This document shows positions 9,329 to 17,184 of a stretch of 30,957 bases of DNA, one piece after another. Both the position numbers and the translations under genes were made by a program. The notes beneath the pieces were generated by a model, which was not told the DNA's origin, ran no database searches, and saw nothing but the letters and a program-made list of their open reading frames with translations. This DNA comes from Acidobacteriaceae bacterium (GTDB taxonomy: Bacteria; Acidobacteriota; Terriglobia; Bryobacterales; Bryobacteraceae): assembly GCA_019239585.1 (NCBI GenBank), contig JAFAZU010000112.1, positions 1 to 30,957 on the forward strand, given 5' to 3'. Positions within the stretch are counted from its first letter, which is position 1; the number at the start of each line of letters is the position of its first letter.

Positions 9329-10183
9329 ATGCCCGTGAACCTTTCGGAGATTGCATCGAATATCGAATTACGCCCGGACGGCTTGTGGTGCGCCCGGACA
9401 TCCTCAGGCGTCTCGTACCCTGAGGACGGGAATCAGAACTGCTTCACCATTGAGGATTCCTCCTTCTGGTTTCGCCATCGAAATGCCAGTTTAGTGGAGC
9501 TTTTAAAGCGCTTTCCTCCGGAAGGAACATTTTTTGACATCGGCGGAGGAAACGGTTATGTTGCTCAAGCCATTCAGGATGCAGGTTGGGAGGTGGTGCT
9601 GGTCGAACCCGGACATGCCGGCGCCCAAAATGCGAGAAAGCGCGGCATCCGGCAAGTCGTACAGGCGACGTTGGGAGACGCTCACTTCCTGCCTGCCACC
9701 TTACCGGCAGTCGGCCTTTTTGACGTGATCGAGCACATCGAAGACGATCGCAAATTTCTTCAGGAAGTCCACGGTTTTCTGAAAGCAAACGGCCGGATCT
9801 ATATTACTGTACCGGCCTTTCAAACGCTCTGGTCCCACGAAGATGAAGAGGCCGGCCATTGGCGCCGGTACACACTGCGGAGCTTGTCCGACACTCTTAC
9901 AGCCTCCGGCTTCCAAATCGAGTTTGCGACTTACATATTCGGGTTTCTTCCCTTTGGAATTCTTTTGCTTCGCGCCTTACCTTTCCGATTCGGGATCACT
10001 CCCAAACGAACGGCGGAGGAGAGAATGCGCATCGACCATCAGGTGGGAGGCAAACTTCAAACGAAAGCGCTTGCCTATTTAATGGAGCGCGAACTACGGA
10101 GGCTTGCCTCCGGGCGCATGTCTCGTATCGGTGGAAGCTGCCTCGTTGTGGCTCGTGCGAACAGTTCCGAACGCAGCACTTAG
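9329..10183 (+). CDS. Class I SAM-dependent methyltransferase
   Basis: FFDIGGGNG motif I, LVEPG, FDVIEHIEDD, ITVPA...LWSHEDEEAGHWRRY. ATG 9329 avoids overlap with the upstream CDS. Confidence 0.88.
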   Translation: MPVNLSEIASNIELRPDGLWCARTSSGVSYPEDGNQNCFTIEDSSFWFRHRNASLVELLKRFPPEGTFFDIGGGNGYVAQAIQDAGWEVVLVEPGHAGAQNARKRGIRQVVQATLGDAHFLPATLPAVGLFDVIEHIEDDRKFLQEVHGFLKANGRIYITVPAFQTLWSHEDEEAGHWRRYTLRSLSDTLTASGFQIEFATYIFGFLPFGILLLRALPFRFGITPKRTAEERMRIDHQVGGKLQTKALAYLMERELRRLASGRMSRIGGSCLVVARANSSERST

Positions 10184-11109
10184 GTTTGGACTGTTGATCG
10201 TCTTTGTCGGATCAGAATGCCGAGACCGGCAAGCCCGGAGACCAGCAAGAAGAGCGAGGCAGGCTCGGGGATCGGCGTAGGAGTAAAGGTTCCGACAATC
10301 TCGCCCGAATCATTGATACCAAGGGGCATTGTAGCCAGACTGCCTGGGAGATCGAAGGTATTGAACGCGCCGTTCAGGTAGACAAAGCCATGCTGGCTAG
10401 AAGTGCTGTCAACATACTCTCCCACGATCTCGCCGAGATTGTTGATGCCGGTGGGAGTGGTCGATGATGCGCCCGGAAAGGCAATTTTTGTGAACGTTCC
10501 GTTCGCGTATAGAAATCCTACACTCGGAACTCCATTTCCATACGGGCACGACGAATAGTTACATGGTCCGACAACCTGCCCAGCGTTGTTGATGCCTAAC
10601 CCTTCGCCGGGCAATATATAGTTCATTCCGTTGCTGTATAGATAAGAGGCCGCAAATGCATCGATCTGGACAAAGAATCCAATGATCTGGCCAGCGTCGT
10701 TGATGCCGTTCAGCATCGTCAAGCTATTGCTGTTTGGGTAGAAGTTAAACGTGGTGAACACACCATTAGTGTCAATATATCCGTAGTACCCGCTGCCAAA
10801 TGAGGCTGTAACGGCAATCTGACCGGCGTTGTTAATGCCGTACGCGCCGCTTGACGAACTGCCTGGTACACTAATGCGGCTGAACTCACCCTGGCTGTAG
10901 AGAAAACCGTAACCACCGAATCCAATATTGGTGAAGGCTCCTACAATCTGGCCGGCATTATTAATGTCGCGAGCCACCGTATCGTCAGCGCCCGGAAAAT
11001 GGATGGTACTGAAAACGCCGTTCGAGTATAGAAACGAATCGGCCCGAGCGAGTTGGGACGAGCCTATCAATCCGCAGACCGACAGAGTAAGTGCTATGCT
11101 GGGTCGCAT
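10180..11109 (-). CDS. PEP-CTERM sorting-domain protein with six GINxxG(Q/E)I/V repeats (probable beta-propeller)
   Basis: Signal peptide; repeats DINNAGQIVG, GINNAGQIAV, GINDAGQIIG, GINNAGQVVG, GINNLGEIVG, GINDSGEIVG; C-terminal IPEPASLFLLVSGLAGLGILIRQRR; purine-rich GGAAAGGG/GAGGA upstream. Confidence 0.92.
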   Translation of the reverse strand: MRPSIALTLSVCGLIGSSQLARADSFLYSNGVFSTIHFPGADDTVARDINNAGQIVGAFTNIGFGGYGFLYSQGEFSRISVPGSSSSGAYGINNAGQIAVTASFGSGYYGYIDTNGVFTTFNFYPNSNSLTMLNGINDAGQIIGFFVQIDAFAASYLYSNGMNYILPGEGLGINNAGQVVGPCNYSSCPYGNGVPSVGFLYANGTFTKIAFPGASSTTPTGINNLGEIVGEYVDSTSSQHGFVYLNGAFNTFDLPGSLATMPLGINDSGEIVGTFTPTPIPEPASLFLLVSGLAGLGILIRQRRSTVQT

Positions 11110-11193
11110 TCCTCGTCACACCCTTTCCTACTGGCGTACTATATCACTCCGAACCGACCCATCCCCAGCGCCTTGAATCCAGCCTTGCCATTG

Positions 11194-14100
11194 CTAAGGA
11201 ATGTAAGGGGTTCCGAAGTACGCAGACTCACTACGACCGATCTCGCGAACGTGACCTGCCGAGAGCGCCTGATCCCAAAGAAACACTTCGGAAAAGGAAC
11301 CAGCTCCGTATGGGCCTCCGGAAATGCCGATGCTGCCGACGCTGAATCCATAAGTTTGGAATCGAACCTGTGTGTGAGACAGAGACACCGTTGCATTAGG
11401 CGCGTAATTGAGATTGAGTAGGAAGTGCTCCAGATAAGAATCAAACCAGGAAAACGCCACAAATTGCTCCATGTTTGAAACGTTGACTCCAGGCGGACAA
11501 AAGCCCGCGCGCTCCCAAGACAGCGTTTGGTTGGTAGAGTCCCCTTCTAGCGCAGACAGCAGACCTGTCACGCCTCTGGGACTCGCTATACCATCAAAGT
11601 AGGTCAGAAATCCACTGTTGGGTCCACTGTGGGTCTGATCAATACCCATCACCGCACTGACACCTCCCGTAAACCCATAGAAGAAGAAGTTACTCGGCGT
11701 TGCAAATGAAGAATAGCCGTCTTGGTAGATGCAGTAGGTCTGCCTTGATCCGCAGGTTGTTAGAACCGGGTGGTGCGCGGGTAGAGAGTTGACGGTGAGA
11801 GTGTTACCTTTGCCTGTTTGATCGTACAGCTGAGTTGGAATGCAGTTGGTCAGTACAAGGCCGCAGAAACTGTTCACGACACTCGAATCCAAATTGCCAA
11901 AGAAATCGGACGGTATATCCATGTCGGTTCCCAAAGAGAGGCTATGCAGCCTGAGCAGGGGACCGGTCCAACTTGATAGAACTCTGCGAACGCTCCACGC
12001 TGCCAGCGGAACACCTTGCGAGTCAAGAACATATTCGCCGGTACGAACCGGGCGGGTCAAATAAATATTACGGGCCTTCAGATCGCTGATAATCGAGTCG
12101 GTCGAGAGTTGCAACTCGGCCGTTTCCATGGCGCGGTTGTACAGCACAAAGCGCGCGATTTCCCCGGAAAAGTTATTGCCGCCGAGAGTAAAATTTGATC
12201 CCGCAAGGCTACCTCGAAGAGAAATCACTGGAGAGTTACCTGAAAACAGAGTGTACTGGTTGTAGGTGTTCACTGTGGTTCCGTTGTACATCACAATAAA
12301 CGTATTCCACGAACCGTCCCAACCGGTGCTATAGTACGCTCCGTTGTAAGTAGACCCATCGCTCCATTCCGTGGTCGCGCCATTCACGGTAATCAGCCAG
12401 TCGTCGGCGTTCAATCCATTACGGCAGATTGAGATTTGACTTCCAGAAACAATGCATTCATTATTCTGCGGCTGTTGTAATTTCCGGTATGCCACAAAAA
12501 GCGTAAATGGACCTGTAACGGGCGCGGGAACAGTAACCTTATAACTGCCTGTAAGAACGTCATTTCCGGGATTTGAGGCGTTGAACCAAATACCGCCTGT
12601 CGAGTAGTTTGAGCCGGTATTTGGGGTTGACGTGTAACTGGCAACTGCGGTATGCCCGGCGCCGCTGTAATCTGTAATCGTGTTCCCTAATTCGGGTAGA
12701 AATGCAAGGTCGGCGATCAGTCCCGTCCGGGGAATACTGTCAGTAAAGGCGGCTGCTCCTGCCGTAACTGCCGATGTCGAACTTTCTGTAAGCGTGATTA
12801 CTTTAAACGCGCTTGAATAACGCCGGTAGACCGGGAAATCCTGTTCATTCCCATCACTGGCGGCACAGCCGCCGTACTCTATGAGAAAACTCACCTGTGC
12901 CGGATCCGAGCTAGTCGTGTGTACAGTACTCATGAGAAGCGAAGGGAATTCGGCAAAGTCCTGGCTCGTAACCGTATACCCTGTTTTGATCCAGGGCCCG
13001 GCAAGGCTCGTTGCGATCCAGAACTCAAAGGTGCCATGAGCGGTGTCATGAATCAGTAAATACTCATGAACGCCAGCAAGATAGTACACCTGTGAGCGCA
13101 TACCTGTGACATTGATGATGGGCTGAGCTCCCACCATGGAATTGCTCCAATTACTAGGGTCAGAAACAAGTCCGCCCGGCGAACCTTTCCAGTATTGATA
13201 CTTTGTGACATCGAGGGATGGAAAATCGGTTTTCAAGACTCGCGCTAAATAGTAGTTTGCATAAGATCCCTGCCCCGTATCTCCAGCCCCGATCGCGGTC
13301 AGATATATGTACGCACCGCCGGTGAACCCATCGGCGCCGGTTGCGGGGCAAGAGATCGTATTATCTTGACAGTAAGTGACTGGGACAAATCCTGCTATTG
13401 CTGGGCCAGCGTCGGTCCAAGTGATGCTGCCGTCAACTGTCGAACCACCTGCAGTCGCGTTCCAGGAGGGAGCGGACGGACCCGTTATACCGCTGTGAGT
13501 CGCTACTTGGTTGTGTCCACGTGTATCAAGGACGTAATCACCGACCGAGTAGCTGGCATTCGCATACCATCGCACGCCGACACGCCACATCTGCTGATTA
13601 GCTGGCGGAGGATTGCCGCCGTAAGATGGCGTGTTGTTCCAGGAATTCACCCACGTGGCGCCGTGATCGCAACTTTTAACGATGCTTGAACTGCCGTTTC
13701 GAAATCCGTTATTGACAGTGAAACTTACGCCGCCGCCCGGAAGCGTGTCGTAGTCTTCCTGTCGTTGAACCGTCAGGTAAACACAGCCATTATAGGGAGC
13801 GATGCCGCTGGTCTTCCAAGTGCGGTCATCTGTCCAGCCGGAGGGAAGATTGATTTGCGACGAGGTTCCGTAGTCAGCCATCGCATTTACGCCGGTAAGC
13901 GAGGTGTAATCGCCGCCTCCCGGCATGACATCGAGTCCAATATTTGAGTAATAATAAGGCCAGAGTGCCCTGCCGGTGATGGACACCGGAATAGGCATGG
14001 TTCCGTCGTTATATGTGATGAGCTCGTTGCCATCATTCATCCAAGCAGAGGCATGGGTGTCGCCGTTGTCCCACTTGCCTGTATAGCCTGCAGAATGGAG

Positions 14101-14316
14101 ATTGTAAGCAGTATCGTTGTAGCGAATGGGTTGCCCTTCAGTTACGTTTAAATATTGAGCTGAGGCGCTTGGGACAGTATAAATAAAATAAATACAAAAG
14201 GGGAGCGTCAAAAATAAACCTTTGCTGAACGACCCTCGATGACATTTACTTATAAGAATCGATAAGTACTTCAAATCTTCCTCTTTTCTCCGACACTCAA
14301 ACTGGGTGAGCCTCAC
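11194..14316 (-). CDS. Large secreted multi-domain protein (propeller-like hydrolase domain with Asp-box and CBM5/12-like insert; LamG-like domain; GH54-catalytic-like/second LamG-type domain)
   Basis: 1040-aa uninterrupted ORF; signal ending SASA/Q; GDTHASAWMNDG; SCDHGATW Asp-box; WYANASYSVGDYV...DGSITW; GEIARFVLYNRAM; AAWSVRRVLSSWTGPLLR...FC...C...LYDQTGKGN; SEVFLWDQALS. Start codon uncertain. Confidence 0.8.
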   Translation of the reverse strand: MRLTQFECRRKEEDLKYLSILISKCHRGSFSKGLFLTLPFCIYFIYTVPSASAQYLNVTEGQPIRYNDTAYNLHSAGYTGKWDNGDTHASAWMNDGNELITYNDGTMPIPVSITGRALWPYYYSNIGLDVMPGGGDYTSLTGVNAMADYGTSSQINLPSGWTDDRTWKTSGIAPYNGCVYLTVQRQEDYDTLPGGGVSFTVNNGFRNGSSSIVKSCDHGATWVNSWNNTPSYGGNPPPANQQMWRVGVRWYANASYSVGDYVLDTRGHNQVATHSGITGPSAPSWNATAGGSTVDGSITWTDAGPAIAGFVPVTYCQDNTISCPATGADGFTGGAYIYLTAIGAGDTGQGSYANYYLARVLKTDFPSLDVTKYQYWKGSPGGLVSDPSNWSNSMVGAQPIINVTGMRSQVYYLAGVHEYLLIHDTAHGTFEFWIATSLAGPWIKTGYTVTSQDFAEFPSLLMSTVHTTSSDPAQVSFLIEYGGCAASDGNEQDFPVYRRYSSAFKVITLTESSTSAVTAGAAAFTDSIPRTGLIADLAFLPELGNTITDYSGAGHTAVASYTSTPNTGSNYSTGGIWFNASNPGNDVLTGSYKVTVPAPVTGPFTLFVAYRKLQQPQNNECIVSGSQISICRNGLNADDWLITVNGATTEWSDGSTYNGAYYSTGWDGSWNTFIVMYNGTTVNTYNQYTLFSGNSPVISLRGSLAGSNFTLGGNNFSGEIARFVLYNRAMETAELQLSTDSIISDLKARNIYLTRPVRTGEYVLDSQGVPLAAWSVRRVLSSWTGPLLRLHSLSLGTDMDIPSDFFGNLDSSVVNSFCGLVLTNCIPTQLYDQTGKGNTLTVNSLPAHHPVLTTCGSRQTYCIYQDGYSSFATPSNFFFYGFTGGVSAVMGIDQTHSGPNSGFLTYFDGIASPRGVTGLLSALEGDSTNQTLSWERAGFCPPGVNVSNMEQFVAFSWFDSYLEHFLLNLNYAPNATVSLSHTQVRFQTYGFSVGSIGISGGPYGAGSFSEVFLWDQALSAGHVREIGRSESAYFGTPYIP

Positions 14317-14730
14317 CCGATGAAAACACAGTGAAACTCAGTACCGCCAGTACCTCCGGATCGACTTACTGGGGAGTAGGTGCTTACTAGAGTAACCTAA
14401 AATTTGTTGGGAGGCTATAGGGTGTTAGTACATAAGTGCGGTAACTATAGGACTTGCTGTGTTTCTCATGCGAGATGTGGCGAGATCGGCATTCCACGTT
14501 GGACTATCCAGCAGGGCACGAGCGCGCAGAAACCGGTCCTCCCGTTTATAGCCATTCCATATTTATAAGAAACCGACACTGCATCAGGAAAACATGATGT
14601 GATCGGGGTATTTACAGTGGGGAGCTTCCATGGCAGAATTCATGCCCGCTGAGACTATTACAGCTGAAGTTTATCGATCCGAAAGATGTAAACGTGTTAG
14701 CCAACTCGCAAGTTATTGCTTGTGAAGAAC

Positions 14731-14824
<94 letters not shown>

Positions 14825-14847
14825 CGGTTGCAGGCGGGTCCTCTGCA

Positions 14848-14856
14848 ATCCTAACA
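14848..14856 (-). promoter_or_regulatory. Putative extended -10 (TGnTAGGAT) for tRNA-Ser
   Basis: Minus strand TGTTAGGAT ending about 23 nt before the tRNA 5' end. Confidence 0.45.
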
Positions 14857-14890
14857 CACCCAAATGGAAAGCTGTAGGGAAGCACGTATG

Positions 14891-14939
14891 AAAGAAGCTG
14901 CCCCGCACGCGCTTTAGATTTCAGGCGCGTGCGGGGCAG
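14891..14939 (-). terminator. Rho-independent terminator of the beta-helix/ricin gene
   Basis: 15-bp perfect stem CTGCCCCGCACGCGC (14898-14912) / GCGCGTGCGGGGCAG (14925-14939); minus strand continues CTTCTTT; 30 nt past the stop at 14970. Confidence 0.85.
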
Positions 14940-14969
14940 ACTGGGATCAGGTGTTATGCAAAGAGCGTC

Positions 14970-16940
14970 TTACTGGACGGGAATGAACGACCACTTCTGG
15001 TTGTCGCCGCCCCAACAGGTCCATTGAGCAACAGGCGCGCCGTCGTTCTTCGAAATACCTGACACGTCAAAACACTTGCCGCTGTCGGCCGGATGAATCG
15101 TGTAATAGCCGTCCATTTCCTGGGAGACCTGGAAGATTTCATTCGCTCCACCCCAGTAGGGCCATTGCTTAATTGCCGGACCGTCCTGCGTAGCGTTAGG
15201 GCCGCCCCAGACATCCAGTTGCAAGCCGCTGTTCTTGGCAGTGACCTTGTAGCCACCCGGAACCGGCGTGAACTGGAACTTTTGATTGTCACCGCCCGTG
15301 CAAGTCCACTGCTGCAGGGGAGCGCCGGGCGCCGTCGAAATACCCGTTATATCCAGGCACTTGCCGCTGTTTTTGGAAACAACTTTGACCCAGCCTGTGG
15401 GAGTAGTTAGAGTACCGGTCATACTTTGCAGATTTGATCCGAGGTCCAGCCCATCAGTAGCCTTGCCTTTGAAAGAGCTGTTTGCGGCCAATAAAAAGTT
15501 GTTGCCGTTATAGTTCACGAAGCCTACGCCCGTGGCCGAGCCGGGGAATGCGTTGTTGGCAAAGTAGCTGCCCGCGTATTGCGTTGCATCACCCGAGATG
15601 ACAACGTTATTGACAAAACTCCCACCCTGATCGTAGTAGGCAAGCGTCGGATTTCCTTGGAGGGTGCCGTCACCCGCGATACCCCAGCCGTTCGCGAAGA
15701 TGCTGTTTGTAACTTTAATGTTGCTGGAAGGCATGAAGTCAAACACCATGAGCCAACAGGTAGGAAATGCAGTTTCATGATCGATGGTAATGCCGTTCAC
15801 GCCGTTCAGGATTTGATACAGCCGCCCATCGCCGCCATAAACGCCCATATCCTCATAAACATTGTTCGAGAGGTGGAAGTTGCCCGCCGTACCGCCGTTG
15901 TCTCCATCGTCGTGCCCCAGGAAGAGCACACCGGCCGCAATATGTTGGAGCAGGTTGTTTTTCACGGTGACATTCGAGACGGTCGCCCACGGCACTTGTC
16001 CGTATTCGTCGCGCACATTCAGGACCAGAACAAAGCCGCGTTGGTCGGCTTGGACGAAGTTGTTGGTGAATGTATTGTTCTGAATCAAGACATTCTGGGC
16101 GTTCTTCAATTCGATATGATTCTTCGCCCAGACCCTGAAACCAGCGTAGTCGGGGCTTCCGGTGTAGTAGCGAGTCGGCTTATAAAACTCGTTGTTCTGA
16201 ACAAGAATGTTCGATGGTACGAGACCGTTGATGGCAGGCACAGCGCCGCCAAAGGCCAAAATTTCCGTACCGGCTTCTAAATGGTTGTTCTGGATCGTAA
16301 ACGGACCCGGACCATTCCAGCCGGCAATCGCTTGCGTATCCTGCCAATCGCTAATAAAACCCTCAAAGTAGCTGTTCTCAATGGTGGTGGCGATGTCATT
16401 TAACGCGATGCCGCGCTTGCCGCCCCCGCCCCCGACGATATCGCCGTGAATATAATCCCGGTCAAAATCAATATCATGGGCCAATTGACTGACGGAAGTT
16501 TCATAGGACGTACCTGCCCGAATGAGATCCTGGACGTACACGCCGGAAGCAGCCGTGAACTCAACACCCTGGATGCGGTAGAAATTCGCGCCGCTCGGAA
16601 TCACCAGCGTTGAATTTTCGTCGGGGGTAACGATCTTCGGCATATATTGCGCCTGCGCGGGCGACACACGCTGACCCGCGCCGGGCAAATTGCTCATAGC
16701 AGAGCTTTGAATCGTAATCCACTGGCCTGAATTATTAACCGCCAGCGTAAAGTGGCCAGTAAATTTGGCATTGGCAGCGAGGGTAATCGTATCTCCGCCG
16801 GTTGCCTGATCCAAGGCGCTTTGCAAATCTCCGCCAGCAGCAACAAAGCGGCTGGCAGCGCTGGAGGGCATAACAGTGAGCGCGGAAAGCGCGCAGAGAA
16901 AACCCGCGCGCAACACACGCGCAGGTGTGAGGTTCAACAT
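14970..16940 (-). CDS. Secreted right-handed beta-helix (pectin-lyase-fold) protein with C-terminal ricin-B (RICIN/CBM13) lectin domain
   Basis: Signal peptide from ATG 16940 (ORF extends to 16976); DLQSALDQATGGDTITL; Asn-rich repeats (IQNNHLE, VQNNEFY, IQNNTFT, VKNNLLQ); SKNSGKCLDI, QQWTC, KQWPY, AQWTC QxW repeats. Confidence 0.87.
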   Translation of the reverse strand: MLNLTPARVLRAGFLCALSALTVMPSSAASRFVAAGGDLQSALDQATGGDTITLAANAKFTGHFTLAVNNSGQWITIQSSAMSNLPGAGQRVSPAQAQYMPKIVTPDENSTLVIPSGANFYRIQGVEFTAASGVYVQDLIRAGTSYETSVSQLAHDIDFDRDYIHGDIVGGGGGKRGIALNDIATTIENSYFEGFISDWQDTQAIAGWNGPGPFTIQNNHLEAGTEILAFGGAVPAINGLVPSNILVQNNEFYKPTRYYTGSPDYAGFRVWAKNHIELKNAQNVLIQNNTFTNNFVQADQRGFVLVLNVRDEYGQVPWATVSNVTVKNNLLQHIAAGVLFLGHDDGDNGGTAGNFHLSNNVYEDMGVYGGDGRLYQILNGVNGITIDHETAFPTCWLMVFDFMPSSNIKVTNSIFANGWGIAGDGTLQGNPTLAYYDQGGSFVNNVVISGDATQYAGSYFANNAFPGSATGVGFVNYNGNNFLLAANSSFKGKATDGLDLGSNLQSMTGTLTTPTGWVKVVSKNSGKCLDITGISTAPGAPLQQWTCTGGDNQKFQFTPVPGGYKVTAKNSGLQLDVWGGPNATQDGPAIKQWPYWGGANEIFQVSQEMDGYYTIHPADSGKCFDVSGISKNDGAPVAQWTCWGGDNQKWSFIPVQ

Positions 16941-17116
16941 AAACAGAAATCTTTCTTTTGAGATAAAGCCGCCCACAGCAGAGGTGAGGCTGTCAGCAGC
17001 AGAGGATTGTCCTTGGCAGGGCCTCTTGCTTATTCAGTGGGGGATCAGGCCGAAAAATATTCCCATAAAAAACAAGAATTGCCTGTAATTAGGAATAATT
17101 TACATATACATACAAT

Positions 17117-17150
17117 TCTGATTAAGATGATTTTATTGATAATTATCAGA
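17117..17150. promoter_or_regulatory. AT-rich palindromic operator candidate, Fur-box-like
   Basis: Perfect palindrome TGATAATTATCA (17137-17148). GATTTTATTGATAATTATC (17129-17147) matches 13/19 of GATAATGATAATCATTATC. Confidence 0.45.
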
Positions 17151-17184
17151 GATTTTCCGGGTCTAAGAAAACAGCAGGAACTTT

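Noticed and set aside
15579-16280. 233-aa plus-strand ORF
   Set aside because: Wholly antisense to the beta-helix gene with no recognisable motifs; a shadow ORF. The same applies to the many 60-160-aa alternate-frame ORFs inside assigned genes.
17016-17032. TGGCAGGGCCTCTTGCT as a sigma-54 promoter
   Set aside because: GG-to-GC spacing is 11 nt rather than 10, and it faces away from the nearby gene start.
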